Origin: Octopus vulgaris
Taxonomy: Eukaryota
Assembly: GCA_951406725.2 (NCBI GenBank)
Contig: OX597843.1
Span: forward strand, 18,910,001 to 18,974,000
Direction of reading: 5' to 3'
DNA: 64,000 bases
Numbering within the stretch: the stretch's first letter is position 1; the number at the start of each line of letters is the position of its first letter. The notes beneath the pieces were generated by a model. It was given only the letters and a program-made list of their open reading frames with translations. It made no database searches and was not told where the DNA came from. The position numbers were made by a program, and so were the translations under genes. Positions 14,048 through 30,499 of this stretch are shown in pieces.

Positions 14048-15082
14048 GTATCACTTAGGTTTTCGAGAGGGGATGACCTCCCTTTGCAAATATCAACTAA
14101 ATTAAGTACCAGTTGCGTACTGGGGATCGATCTAATCGACTGGCCCACTCCCCCAAAATTTCGGGCCTTGTGCCTAGTGCAAAAAAGATTCTTACCTAAG
14201 TACAATGCAATGTTTTTCTGACATACACAGAATGCAATATTACCTTTTTCAAGTACATTATAAAATTTCTCTCATCTACATTGTATACAATACTTTCTTA
14301 CCAATGTACAATGTAATATTTCTTTCACTTTCTTTACTACACAATATAAAATATTTCTCTCTCACATACGTACTATGCAGTACTTTCCTTACTTCTATAC
14401 AATTTAATGTTTCCCTTGCTGACATATGTCTGAAAGTGCATAACCTAGTAGTTAAGATTGGGGTTAGGGTTATCGTGAAGTTGAGTTCGATTCCATGACT
14501 GAGTGGCTCGTTTTATATTTGATTAGGGTACTTGTTTTCACAACGAAGCAGTCAAGCAGTCGCTAGGCTGTCTTTTCCAGGTAGGGGCAATCTTGTTTGC
14601 TTAATGTCACACAAACTGGGATAGGCTATGACCTTATGAGTCTGTAAGTTCAGACAGACGTTTACGGAGGAAGCAATATTTTTCTTAACTATGCTTCGAA
14701 CCTACAAGTCTTTTAGACTGAAGCTTATTCGAATTAGAATAACATGAAAGCAACTAAGCGATAGACACAAGTCGACCATAGAGTCAACCCTGAAGATGTT
14801 GCTGATACTCACATTCATTTGAATGAATTGAAACGATAAGAAATAGATTGCCTTACTCAAGGGTAGTATGCACTAAAACTCAAACCCACGATCACAAATC
14901 TATACCAAAACCACTATGCCATGCATTTTACCACGTTGTTTGTAATATTTTTTTCAGATACAAAGAATGCAATATTTTTCCGATTAACATAGTATGGAAT
15001 ATTTTTCTGGCGTACGTACTTAATATTAATAATTTTCTGACTTACATGATACATAATATCTTTTGCGCATTTCTTTCGACAG

Positions 15083-15580
15083 GTGTCTCTGGCAACGGTT
15101 ATCAACCTTTCTCATCTTACTGTCCACATGGCTACGTGAAAGTAAGGAACTGTACATTTCTTGGAAGATTTATTGTGAATCTTTGTTATAAGCTACCACC
15201 AACAACAACATCGAAACCTTTACCGTCGACTCAGCCAAGCACTCTACAAAGCACTCTTCAATCTATTCTAGCAACCACCACGCCAACAACAGAACCTACA
15301 ACCACAGTAACAACCACCCAACCTACAACCACAGTAACAACCACCCAACCTACTACCACCCAACCTACAACTACAGTAACAACCACCCAACCTACAACTA
15401 CAGTAACAACCACCCAACCTACAACTACAGTAACAACCACCCAACCTACAACCACCCAACCTACAACTACAGTAACAACCACCCAACCTACTACCACAAT
15501 CCCAACAACTCAGCCTACCACCACAGTAGCAACCACCCAAACTACAACCACAGCCCCGACGACACCTCCTCAGCCAAGAG
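15083..15580 (+). CDS. Pseudo-protease exon 2: small Cys domain + Thr/Pro mucin stalk
   Basis: Acceptor TTTCTTTCGACAG, donor AG|GTAAAT, phase 1-1, 498 nt open; encodes VSGNGYQPFSSYCPHGYVKVRNCTFLGRFIVNLCYK then (TTTVTTTQP/TTTQP)n. Confidence 0.85.
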
Positions 15581-15716
15581 GTAAATATCCCAAACTTCTG
15601 CTTTTGTTACTTTTATTCTAATGAACAAACATCGAATGTAAATGCTTTCCTTTGTCTCTTCGCGTCTCATTCATTTCGTTCACGCCTTTCTCATTTCCAT
15701 GAACGGACATAAACAC

Positions 15717-15776
<60 letters not shown>

Positions 15777-15778
15777 AT

Positions 15779-15820
<42 letters not shown>

Positions 15821-16207
15821 AAACACACATAAACACACAAACACACACACACAGCTGTATTTATGTTTTTAACGTTGTTAACACCATCAGACTGAATGGC
15901 ACAGCCCAGTGTCGAAACAACAGAGATATCCGTTTGGCATCTGATGATGGGAATACATATTTGTTGTGTTTGTTTAATGAGTTTCTTATGTCTTAGTCTC
16001 ATTATTCTGAGTTGTCCTTCATTCTAGTGAAGTGGGAAGTGTTTGTGGATTCATAGTTTACAGGGATCGCTTTCTTTGGCATTGTTTGGTTTATTTTATA
16101 GATAATTTTATTAGATAATGTTTAGATGTTGGCGTCTACTTTTAGGAGATTCTGTGGCACATATTGTAGAGTCGTAAAGTTTGCATGAAGCATTGATATA
16201 TATATAT

Positions 16208-16694
16208 ATTGTTATATTTCGGAATGGTCATTTTGCCAGTTTAGCCAATAAAAACACACGCACTATATATTTGGTGTTACTTTGCTTCAGTGTTATTTAT
16301 TTTTTACATTAATCTTAATCTTATTTCGGCCAAAAACAAAATACAAATTACATGAACGTATATAAACAGAAGATACAAATATTACAGGTATCCCCCCCAC
16401 ATACACACACTAAATAAACATAAATGCACATAGAGATATAAGCATGCGCAAATGAAGACATACAATAGAAATACAAAATAGCTGACGGTTAGTAAGGAGA
16501 GATACAAATAAGTGAGAAGAAAACAAAGGACCACTGATGCGGTCACAGGAGTGTGACGAAAGAACTCTGGCCGAAATAAGATTAAGATTAATGTAAAAAA
16601 TAAATAACACTGAAGCAAAGTAACACCAAATATATAGTGCGTGTGTTTTTATTGGCTAAACTAGCAAAATGACCATTCCTAAATACAACAATAT
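16208..16694. mobile_element. Non-autonomous element with ~125-bp inverted repeats and internal hammerhead-like motif (Penelope-derived)
   Basis: 16208-16331 is the reverse complement of 16569-16694; cca CTGATGCG gtcac..gtgac GAAA gaac TC tgg at 16531-16570. Confidence 0.6.
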
Positions 16695-16999
16695 CTGTTT
16701 CAACACACGACTTCACATAAAAAATCTTGCACAACAAATATTTAAACGTATATATATATATATATATATATATTCCATTTTCGAACTTAACATCTCAAAT
16801 GTAAGATCTCTTCCCTGAAGACGGACCTCATCTCATCATATGATGGAATCAATCTTCTACAAACATTATTACGGACCATCGAGACCCCCGAAACAGGTGT
16901 TCGATTTGTAATATTTTTCTTCCACCCCTTTAATTCTCTATATCATTTACATTCTGTGTAAGTCGGACCTTTTTATATGTATACATATATACATACTCT

Positions 17000-17402
17000 C
17001 TTTCTTTACTCTTTTACTTGTTTCAGTCATTTGACTGCGGCCATGCTGGAGCACCGCCTTTAGTCGAGCAAATCGACCCCGGGACTTATTCTTTGTAAGC
17101 CCAGTATTTATTCTATCGGTCTCTTTTGCCGAACCGCTATGTGACGGGGACGTAAACACACCAGCATTGGTTGTCAAGCAATGCTAGGGGGACAAACACA
17201 GACACACAAACACACACACACACATATATATATACATATATACGACAGGCTTCTTTCAGTTTCCGTCTACCAAATCCACTCACAAGGCATTGGTCGGCCC
17301 GGGGCTCTAGCAGAAGACACTTGCCCAAGGTGCCATGCAGTGGGACTGAACCCGGAACCATGTGGTTGGTTAGCAAGCTACTTACCACACAGCCACTCCT
17401 GT
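17000..17402 (-). mobile_element. Octopus-type tRNA-derived SINE (GGAGTGGCTGTGTGGTAAG family)
   Basis: Reverse complement of the family at 24579, 43014 and 51009, with the AAGGCGGTGCTCCAGCATGGCCGCAGTC tail. Confidence 0.8.
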
Positions 17403-18609
17403 TTTTCTTTTGTATTTTATGAATTTAATATCCTTTATCTGTTGATCTGTCTAACTTGCTTAATCCCTACATTTTCTTCTAAACCCGCTCAAGTTTAAAT
17501 CTCTGAGCAACTTATGAAAAAATATAATTTCAGGTCAAGGATTTTTACTTTCCCAATATTTCACGGTGAGGAATTTTTCCTCAGGAAATCTTCGGAAGAA
17601 TCGTGTTGTGTTCGCCGGCGTCGCTGTTCACAACACCATTTTCCCGAAAATGTTTTCAAGAATCGCTTTTAAGACTGAAGTATTGAAATACAAAGTAATA
17701 GACCTATGCGACATTTTTTTAACCTGCATCGTTTTGGTCTATAAAATAATTTCTATCTATCAATCAATCTATCTATCTGTCTGTTTGTCTGTTGGTCTGT
17801 CTGTTTGTCAAACACCCAGCTATCTATATGTCTGTCTCTCATTCTATGTATCTATGTATCTATCTGTACGTTTGTCTGTCTGTGTGTCTGTGTGTCAATC
17901 TGTCTATCATGTATGTATGTATGTGTATATTACGTACGTATGTATGCATATATACACGTGTGCATATATGTATGTATGTGCGTGTTTGTATATATGTGTG
18001 CATGCATGCATATATGTATGTATGTTTGTATGTATGTATGTATGTGTGTATGTATGTATGTGTGTATGTAGGTATGTGTGTGTGTATGTATATATGTATA
18101 TATGAATGCATGCATGTATGTATGTGTGTATGTAGGTATGTGTGTGTGTATGTATATATGTATGTATGAATGCATGCATATATGTATGTATGAATGTATG
18201 TATGTATGTATATATGTATGTATGAATGTATGTATGTATGTGTGTATGTATGTATGCATGTATGTATGTATATATGTATGTATGAATGCATGCATGTATG
18301 TATGTGTGTATGTATGTGTGTGTATGTATGTATGTATGTGTGTGTGTGTGTATGTATATATGTATGTATGAATGCATGCATGTATGTATGTGTGTATGTA
18401 TGTATGTATGTGTGTGTGTATATATGTATGTATGTATGTGTGTGTGTGTATGTATGTATGTATGTATGTATGTGTGTATGTATGTGTGTTTGTCTAGTGG
18501 GTCACAGTTCTCTGAATGAGCAAATTGAATAATGAACGAGTTTCCTGAAGAAATTTAAACTCGTATAGCGAGTTGAAACGAGCAGACATCAACATCATCA
18601 TCATCATCA

Positions 18610-19020
18610 TTTAAAATCCGCTTCTTATACTGGTTCGGGTTGGACAGTGTGACCGGTGCTGGCCAGCAGGAAAACTGCCCACGTTCCAATTGTCTGTTTT
18701 CGCAAGGTTTCTACGGCTGTCGACAGCACACAGAGTGCACTCGGTGACACGGGCGCAGCTGCCTTTCACGTGACTCCATCACGTGTAGTTATACACGGCA
18801 GCAGCACAAATGCTTGATATGTGGCACTAGTACCGGAAAGCCCTCAAACGAAGGACGCCCTTGGTTGAGAGAGAGAGAGGGTTGTAAGGGATATACCTGC
18901 ATGTATGGAATGCTTACAGTTTTACTTAGCTTGTCGTGTCTTCTCAAGCACTGCAAACCATCGGGAGTCTCAGTAATTTGTCTTCTCCTCTCTGAGGCCC
19001 AGGATCCTATTTACCTAGGA
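18610..19020 (-). mobile_element. Degenerate RTE-like LINE 3' end
   Basis: (CAT)n tail followed by GC-richer 3' UTR-like sequence loosely resembling the RTE fragments at 42395-42857. Confidence 0.35.
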
Positions 19021-19265
19021 AGCAACAAACCACAGCTTCAGTATGAACACATTTAAATGTCAGGAGAACATATACGAATGGCACATTGAATGGAGAATGT
19101 TTTGAAGAATATATTCAGCGAACAATCTGAAATTTGAAAAACAAACTACAAGGAGCTGATGCATGTGTCTATGTGGGTGGGAGAATGTGACTCAACGGTT
19201 CATTTAAGGCCCTTTACGCATTTCGTGTTGCTTGCCAATTCTAATATAGAAAAAAATAATAATAT

Positions 19266-19415
<150 letters not shown>

Positions 19416-19712
19416 GCATGGCTCAGTGGTTAGAGCGTCGAGCTTACGATCGTGAGGTTGTGAGCTCGAATCCCGGACCGGGCTGCGTGTTGTGTTCTTG
19501 AGCAAGGCACTTTATTTCACGTTGCTCCAGTTCACTCAGCAGTAGAAATGAGTTGCGACGTCACTGGTGCCAAGCTGTATCGACCTTTGTCTTTCCCTTG
19601 GATAACACTGGTGGTCTTCCATAAACAACCTTGCCCGGACTTGTGTCTAGGAGGGTAACTTTCTAGGTGTAATCCCATGGTCATTCATGACCGAAGGGGG
19701 TCTTTACCTTTT
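19416..19712 (+). mobile_element. tRNA-derived CORE-type SINE
   Basis: A box GGCTCAGTGGTTAGAGC, B box CTCGAATCC, CORE-like GTGTTCTTGAGCAAGGCACTTTATTTCAC; related copy at 63603. Confidence 0.75.
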
Positions 19713-19739
19713 AGTAATAAGCGCAGCACTCTAGAAGAT

Positions 19740-20400
19740 TGAGAGATATAATAAGGGAGAGTACCCAAAAGTGGAAAAGCGCGGAAAGATATACTTCTAG
19801 AAGGAGGGAAAAGGACATAAGGTGAGACCTTGAAATAAAGTATACGAAACAGACGAAAGATGGAAGGGATGCTGGGAGCTGAGCGCGGATTTGGTCAGAC
19901 ATCATCAAGAGGAACTACGTCCGGTTCCGGCCCCTCCTCTTCTACCATTTTCGACATAGCAGGGCACCCTGCTTTCGAAGGTGTCTTCAGCTCTGGTGTT
20001 GAGTGCGTTTTTTCTTTCTCCTTTCTTTCTGTGGCCTTTTGTTCTTTGGTTTCTTCGATACAGTATCAACGAACGTCAGTTGGCGAATGACCATCTTGCC
20101 AAGTTTCCCTTTAGATACTCGCTGGTGGGCTCCAGCAGCCAGCACCAGCTGTCACGTGACACTAACTTCAACTGACCAATGGAAGGGAAGAACGCGTAGT
20201 TTTAGCCCGTGCCCTCCCTAAACCTACCTTCCAACATGGTCGTGTTTGTTTCAGTTCCAGCAGCCAGAGCCAACCAGCTGTTTGGTAGTACAAGCCCTGG
20301 AACCAGGAGGAGGGCCCGCAGTGAACGAGATCGCTCCCTTGGCCTACCTGTCAAGCAGCGATGCTGCTTAAGTGTTAGCCAGCCTCACCTTGCGACCCTA
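19740..20400 (-). mobile_element. Dispersed repeat, probably a Penelope-type terminal region
   Basis: Reverse complement shares CAACACCAGAGCTGAAGACACC..CCGGACGT.GTTCCTC.TGATGAT with 31391-31490 (+); 48183-48275 (-) matches 31471-31562. Confidence 0.5.
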
Positions 20401-20422
20401 TTTCCCACTTGGTATATTATAT

Positions 20423-20840
20423 AAGGCGGCGAGCTGGCAGAAACGTTAGCACGCCGGGCGAAATGCTTAGCGGTATTTCGTCTGCCGCTACGTTCTGAGT
20501 TCAAATTCCGCCGAGGTCGACTTTGCCTTTCATCCGTTCGGGGTCGATTAAATAAGTACCAGTTACGCACTGGGGTCGATATAACCGACTTAATCCGTTT
20601 GTCTGTCCTTGTTTGTCTCCTCTGTGTTTAGCCCCTTGTGGGTAATAAAGAAATAGGTATTTCGTCTGCCGTTACGTCCTGAGTTCAAATTCCGCCGAGG
20701 TCGACTTTGCCTTTCATCCGTTCGGGGTCGATTAAATAAGTACCAGTTACGCACTGGGGTCGATATAACCGACTTAATCCGTTTGTCTGTCCTTGTTTGT
20801 CTCCTCTGTGTTTAGCCCCTTGTGGGTAGTAAAGAAATAG
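20423..20840 (+). mobile_element. Nin/Deu-type SINE with internal 184-bp tandem duplication and Tx1-like 3' tail
   Basis: Intact head AAGGCGGCGAGCTGGCAGAAACG; body+tail repeated (20472 and 20656); tail TTTGTCTCCTCTGTGTTTAGCCCCTTGTGGGTAATAAAGAAA. Confidence 0.85.
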
Positions 20841-21149
20841 GTATATTATGGCTTTCAAGACATTTTGGGTCTTCTCGTTTCAGCCATATATAGAAGCTGG
20901 CTTCTATATATGTCTGCCTCCTCTGTCCTCCTTATTACTTTTCTCAGCTCTGAGCTCGAAAATGCAAACCTTTTAAATAATGTCGCCGTTTTTCTTTCAA
21001 TGAAGCCTCTATTAATTCATGGCTTTATATGGGGTTTGGGTGTGGCCTGGAATGGATTCCCCCCTACCCCAACCCCTATTTATATGTATTTCAATGACTC
21101 ACATGTAATGAACAATTGGGCTAATGAATATATATATATATATATATCT

Positions 21150-24310
<3,161 letters not shown>

Positions 24311-24313
24311 ATA

Positions 24314-24357
<44 letters not shown>

Positions 24358-24578
24358 AAAGTTTACGAAAAAAACAAAAGACGAAGACAGGTGGTGTACA
24401 AAACAAACCGATGTATTAGTATAACGCACAGGAATAGAAAAAGTATTTTACGTTTCGAGCCTACGCTCTTCTACAGAAAGGGACACAGAAAAAACAAGGA
24501 GAGAAACAAGGAGAGAAAAAAAGGAGAGAAAAAAATGAGAGAAAAAATGTGTGTAGTGGCTAACGATCTATATATATA

Positions 24579-24746
24579 GGCGCAGGAGTGGCTGTGAGTA
24601 AGTAGCTTGCACTCCTACCACATGGCTCAGGGTTCAGTCCCACTGTGTGGGATCTTGGGCAAGTGTCTTCTACTATAGCTTCGGGCTGACCGAAGCCTTG
24701 TGAATGGATTTGGTAGATGGAAACTGATAGAAGCACGTCGTATACC

Positions 24747-24778
<32 letters not shown>

Positions 24779-24780
24779 CA

Positions 24781-24816
<36 letters not shown>

Positions 24817-25056
24817 CGTATGTATGTATGTATGTATGTATGTATGTTTGCGTCTGTATTCGTCTGTGTTCGTCCCACCAACATCGCTTGACAACCGATG
24901 CTGGTTTTTTTACTTCCTAGTAACTTAGTGGTTCAGCGAAAAAGACCGATAGAATAAGTACTAGGCTTACAAAAAATAAATCCTGAGGTCGATTTGCTCG
25001 ACTAAAGGCGGTGCTCCAGCATGGCCGCAGTCAAATGACTGAAACGAAAGAATAAA

Positions 25057-25060
<4 letters not shown>
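24579..25060 (+). mobile_element. Octopus-type tRNA-derived SINE
   Basis: GGCGCAGGAGTGGCTGTG head, CTTGGGCAAGTGTCTTC, internal microsatellite, GGCGGTGCTCCAGCATGGCC tail. Confidence 0.8.
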
Positions 25061-25143
<83 letters not shown>

Positions 25144-25144
<1 letters not shown>

Positions 25145-25279
25145 AACTTCTTAATAAGGAATCTTAACAAGAAATTATCAGGTAGTTAGCGTGAAAAACC
25201 TCATAAGAGAAAAATTCGAAAATATTTTTTTCTTTTGAACATATTAATTTCTTGTTAAGATTCCTTATTAAGAAGTTAT
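25144..25279. repeat. 34-bp inverted repeat pair
   Basis: TAACTTCTTAATAAGGAATCTTAACAAGAAATTA (25144-25177) and its reverse complement (25246-25279). Confidence 0.75.
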
Positions 25280-25459
25280 CCTTAATTGTTAAATTTATTC
25301 CGAAAAAACTTTTCCTACCCGACATGCAGTTCGAAAAAAGCCCGCCATTTACCGAATATATGATTTATAAACATCTCCATGTGCTTCGCCGGAGAGAGCA
25401 GATGTCTGTTCGACTTCGCCAGGTAATGTTGGTCGTTTATTTATGATGTGTTCAGAATC

Positions 25460-25526
25460 AGTTCTACTGATGAGGATAGACGCATTTTTTATGCGGTAAG
25501 TGTGAAATCACAGGTGATATAGAACT
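25460..25526 (+). ncRNA. Hammerhead-like motif (weak stem II)
   Basis: agttcta CTGATGA ... GAAA tcac-ag-gtga TA tagaact; 7-bp stem I. Confidence 0.5.
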
Positions 25527-25647
25527 AAATTCATTGTTTAAATGTATTGCTTTGAAAAACTGCATTGGGTATGATTAGTGAAATTTTGGTAGTAATGACT
25601 TATGTCCCTCTTAGTGTGAGGCATTTATGTGTAATAATGCCCTCTAT

Positions 25648-25695
<48 letters not shown>

Positions 25696-26004
25696 TACAT
25701 ATATACATACATATATATTTAAATATATGTATATTTATGTGTGTGTTTGTTTGTGTGTGTGTGAGGGTCCAAAATTGGAGGATTTATATTGCTGTATTTT
25801 AACTTTGAAATTTAGCCCTCACCCGTACCACCATGATTTCGAACTTTGAGAAAATATTCCTTAGGTCATCCTCAATGAGTCTTACCGACCCAGGTTTAAC
25901 GTGCTTGTTCATCTTGTGGTTTGAGTCCTTTTGACTACTATTTTAGCATGCTGGTACTGCCTGTAGTACCATTAATTATTAATGGTTCACTTTTAAATTT
26001 GTAG

Positions 26005-26161
26005 GTTGCGGCCGATATCCAGTGCAAGCTTTTATGATGGGATCCAGCCGTGCCACCCAGTGCCAACCATGGCTTGGCTATGCTGCCTTTGGGAAGAGTT
26101 ATATGAGCAATGCCCTCCTAATAGGGGAAGACACTGTATTGTCAATACAGCCACTTTATAA
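26005..26161 (+). CDS. Pseudo-protease exon 3 (Cys1, activation-site and His57-equivalent region)
   Basis: Acceptor TTTTAAATTTGTAG, donor AA|GTAAGT, phase 1-2. CGRYPVQAFMMGSSRATQCQPWLGYAAFGKSYMSNALLIGEDTVLSIQPLY aligns to CG..RIVGG..A....PW......CGG.LI....VLTAAHC. Confidence 0.85.
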
Positions 26162-26275
26162 GTAAGTACAATGTTTTTCCTTGAATATTAACGTGAAAGT
26201 ATCAAACTCACATACACACTCTCAAATACACAAATACATATATCTATTCAAACACACTGATGTATATGTGTTCGT

Positions 26276-26341
<66 letters not shown>

Positions 26342-26357
26342 GTATACATGCATACAC

Positions 26358-26406
<49 letters not shown>

Positions 26407-27049
26407 CATACTATTTATATACATACGATTTAATGGCACAGTTATAATTCAAGCGATTACGTCACTAGAAGTTCATGTAAGAACCTGGTTAACGTAAATA
26501 TCAGTGAACTGAATAAGTTAAGCTCCAGTTGATCATAAAGAGCCACACTCCATACACCCAAGGTATAGACGAACAAGCACAAAATATCCTTCACAGAGTG
26601 TTTGATAATGATTAAAATTAGGAAAAGATAAATTGAAATTGATGTTATTTCAGTAAGTGATGAGTTTTTAAACATTTTATACCGCAGAAATACAATTTAT
26701 ATAATATATGCAATAAAATATAATTGTAATTAATAATGTTTACTCATCTCATCAGACATCATTAGCTGTCACAATCGACATCAAAAATAAATTTTATCAT
26801 TACATAAAAACTATTCTTCATGTTGAGTTGAATGCTACAAGCAAAATCGAGCCCATAAACATGTAGGCCATAGCTGTGTTCAGGTTTAGTATTGTGAACT
26901 GGTCCACCTGTAAGATGATGTCAAAATCTGAAGGCTAATGACACTGCACTGTGTGTAAACAAGAGTCACCTTAGTCTGCTGGTTGTAGGCGGCTGAGAAG
27001 AAGAAGAAGAAGAAGAAGAAGAAGAAGAAGAAGAAGAAGAAGAAGAAGA

Positions 27050-27573
27050 AGAATGAAACCATAGGGAAACCAAAAACTCAAACGATGTTAAAACCAGAAA
27101 AAAGAACAGAAATTATATGAGTGGTAGGAGAAGGCGTTGCATGGTAGATTCCCAAAGATAAATTGCAGCAAATAATAGTAGTGACATGGCTATGGGTGCA
27201 GAAAGAAAGGCCGAAGAGGGAGACAGAAAGTTTGTTTGTAGCTGCACAAGATCAAGCATTAAGGACTAATTGGATAAAAGCCAAGATAGACAAAAGCCAA
27301 GTAGATTCCCAATGTAGATTATGCAAATCAAAAGAGGAAAGTGCAACTCATACAGTAAGTGAATGTAGCATGCTGGAAGAGAAAGAATACAAGAAAAGAC
27401 ATGATGACCTAGGCAGAGTAATCCACTGGAAGTTATGTAGAAAGCTAGGATTTGAACATACTGATAAATGGTATGAACAGTAAAGTACTAGAAAATGAGA
27501 AATACAAGATGTTTTGGGATTTTAACATTCAGACTGACAGAGTAATAGAAGCTAGAATGCCTGGTTTGGTAGT

Positions 27574-27626
<53 letters not shown>

Positions 27627-27995
27627 GAAAATGCCAGATAATTGACTTTACCGTCACAAATGAGGCAAAAATTAATATGATAGGTATAGAAAAAATAGTA
27701 AAGCACCAGACCTAGCTTTTGAATTCCAGAGACTATGGAAAGTGCGGGTAAAATGTATCCCAGTAGTTATGGGTGCAGTGGGAACTATCCCTAAACATTT
27801 GAACAGATGAATAGAGGAAATGGGCATAAAACCCAGTTTTGCGCAGTTTAACAGAAAACTGTTATTAAGGATATTTAGGATATTTAGGAGGGTTCTTGGC
27901 ATCTAAAGCTACTTTTGCAGCCTGATGTTAGGATTCTTTTCTTTTCCAACAATTTGATCTGTTGGATGTTTATGAAAATAATAATAATGATAATG
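27050..27995 (+). mobile_element. R4/Dong-clade LINE 3' fragment (CCHC finger + restriction-like endonuclease)
   Basis: ETESLFVAAQDQALRT..CRLC..EESATHTVSEC..YKKRHD; WDFNIQTDRVIEARMP; IIDF; contains stops; ends in (AAT)n. Confidence 0.8.
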
Positions 27996-28123
27996 TAGAT
28001 TTTGTTAACAGCAGGATTGATACTAAGTATATAGGAAACACGAACTTATTGATCTACGCATGAGTTGTTGTAGTTACGAGAAGATAAGATAATAAAGGGA
28101 GCTAACCTTCTGTCTTATTTCAG

Positions 28124-28224
28124 AAAAGGAAAACCGCTAGATTATTACTTTGGAAAGAAACAGGACGCAAGTGTAACAGGCGGTGAATTGGAAGTAGATG
28201 ATGAACATGATCGAGATGTTGGTG
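28124..28224 (+). CDS. Pseudo-protease exon 4
   Basis: Acceptor TTCTGTCTTATTTCAG, donor G|GTAAGT, phase 2-1 exactly bridging exons 3 and 5; KGKPLDYYFGKKQDASVTGGELEVDDEHDRDVG. Confidence 0.8.
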
Positions 28225-28789
28225 GTAAGTTTGATCATATTGGTCTTGTTGTTGTTGCTATCATTGCTTTTGGTTGTAGTTGTTCTCATTATTGTTGTTG
28301 TTGCTGTGTATTCCCAGTGATTTTACGTATCCAGTCTTATCAGTGAACCCACTATTTCTAAGCGCCTTTATAATATCCAGCTGCACCCAGAAGGTAACAA
28401 AGATACCCGTTTACTAATATTGTTAACCCCACCCCACCACCACTACTACCACGTGTTCTTAACAAGTTTTTTATCTTTTATCTTTTACTTGTTTCGGTCA
28501 TTGGACAGCGACCATGCTGGGGCACTGCCTTGAATGGATTTTTAGTCGTATGAATCAACACCAGTACTTACTTTTTAAGCCTAGTACTTATTCTATCGGT
28601 CTCTTTTGCCGAATCGCCAAGTTATGGGGATGCAAATACACCAACACCGGCACTAGTGGAGGACAAATACAGATAGATATATACAGAGACAGAAAGATAC
28701 ACACATAAAATATACACATATATATACTCATATATATATACACATATATATACACATATATATACTCATATATATATGAATAGATAAAT

Positions 28790-29521
28790 AAATGGAGTTG
28801 AACGAAGATACTAATAAAATTCCTTTACTTTCGACATATGTTTCGAAGACAACATGGTTTTATTCCAAAGGAATAAACGGTGTAAGATGCAATCTTCTCA
28901 TCGGTGCGTCCACTTCCCAGTTATCCAAGAGAATTTCAAACCATTATTCATCATTTAGGGATAGTAAAAAGCGACATAGTACAGGGCTAAGTAAATTATT
29001 TTGGCGTCTTAATGACAATAATATGGATTTTAAGTTAGATTGGTTCATACTGTCTGTATCCTTTCCTTTCGATAAGGGCAAGCGATTTTGTAACATTTGC
29101 AACTCTGGACTCTTCCATATTCTCTTCTCTATGAATCCCCTTTTAAACACACTTGTAGAGAAATCGTACAAATGTAAACACTGGCAGAAACATACCTTTT
29201 ACTCATATAAGTGATTTCGATATTCATTATAGTTTGAATAATTAGTTTAACGTGCACTCCACTTCAATAGCGAAATTCTTTCCTAAGCCTATTGAACATT
29301 CTTTTAATCAACGTACCCCTCCCTCTCTATTTGTTCCCTATTTATTATTCCTTTAACCCTTCTCTTCTTACTATCTACCTTTGACGTCAATTCTACTAAC
29401 GGTTTTTTAAAATACTTAATAACGTTTTGTTTATCATGTAGGCAGTCATCGTAATTGTTATAATGTTTTGTTGTTGAAAGAGGCTCTCTTTCTTTCCTGA
29501 TGAGAAGATTACATCTTACAC

Positions 29522-29522
<1 letters not shown>
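28790..29522 (+). mobile_element. Penelope-like (Naiad-type) GIY-YIG fragment with inverted terminal segment and split hammerhead
   Basis: IGAST..KRISNHYSSF..STGLSKLFWRL..CNIC..LLN..CKH; 28880-28903 is an inverted copy of 29497-29521 (CTGATGAGAAGATTACATCTTACAC), and the inverted copy continues to GAAACATATGTCGAAAG. Confidence 0.7.
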
Positions 29523-29558
<36 letters not shown>

Positions 29559-29571
29559 TTATACATATATG

Positions 29572-29700
<129 letters not shown>

Positions 29701-29905
29701 TATCTGTTTGCAGATAAGAGAAAAAAATCTATCAGAAAGGAACTCTATCTCTCTTAAAAAAATATCTTTTGATAAGCATAACAAATGTGCAACCGGTAAA
29801 AAGAACTTTCACCTAATTAAATACACTCTCCTTACTTAAATTATTTTGTCAGCATTTTCTTCATTTCCTTTTTTTATATATCACAACTCGTGTTCCACAT
29901 CTCCT

Positions 29906-29982
<77 letters not shown>

Positions 29983-30252
29983 TATCTGTATATATATATA
30001 TATATATATATACATATATATATACATATATATATATATACATATATATCTGTTTGCAGATAAGAGAAAAAAATCTATCAGAAAGGAACTCTATCTCTCT
30101 TAAAAAAATATCTTTTGATAAGCATAACAAATGTGCAACCGGTAAAAAGAACTTTCACCTAATTAAATACACTCTCCCTTACTTAAATTATTTTGTCAGC
30201 ATTTTCTTCATTTCCTTTTTTTATATATCACAACTCGTGTTCCACATCTCCT

Positions 30253-30258
<6 letters not shown>
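29701..30258. repeat. Local tandem duplication of a ~210-bp unit separated by (TA)n
   Basis: 29701-29910 is nearly identical to 30047-30258. Confidence 0.9.
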
Positions 30259-30320
<62 letters not shown>

Positions 30321-30499
30321 TATCGAACCTTTGTGATCAAGACTGGACTAAAATTGTTATGGTACGTGTAATATATGATTTGATATATTCCAATTTGACA
30401 AATAAGCATTTGAATTTGTTTGGGTAACTTATTTTCAAAATATAGCCGTGTTGTATTCGCTAACGGCTGCGCAGTTTGAGTGTGTGTATAAATTGAACA

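Noticed and set aside
14848-15082. N-terminal part of the 257-aa ORF as a single-exon gene
   Set aside because: Lies upstream of a good acceptor at 15081-15082 and has no ATG-led signal peptide; exon 1 at 4623-4701 fits in phase.
19416-19495. tRNA genes at SINE heads (also 61305, 63603)
   Set aside because: A/B boxes continue into SINE bodies; no complete cloverleaf.
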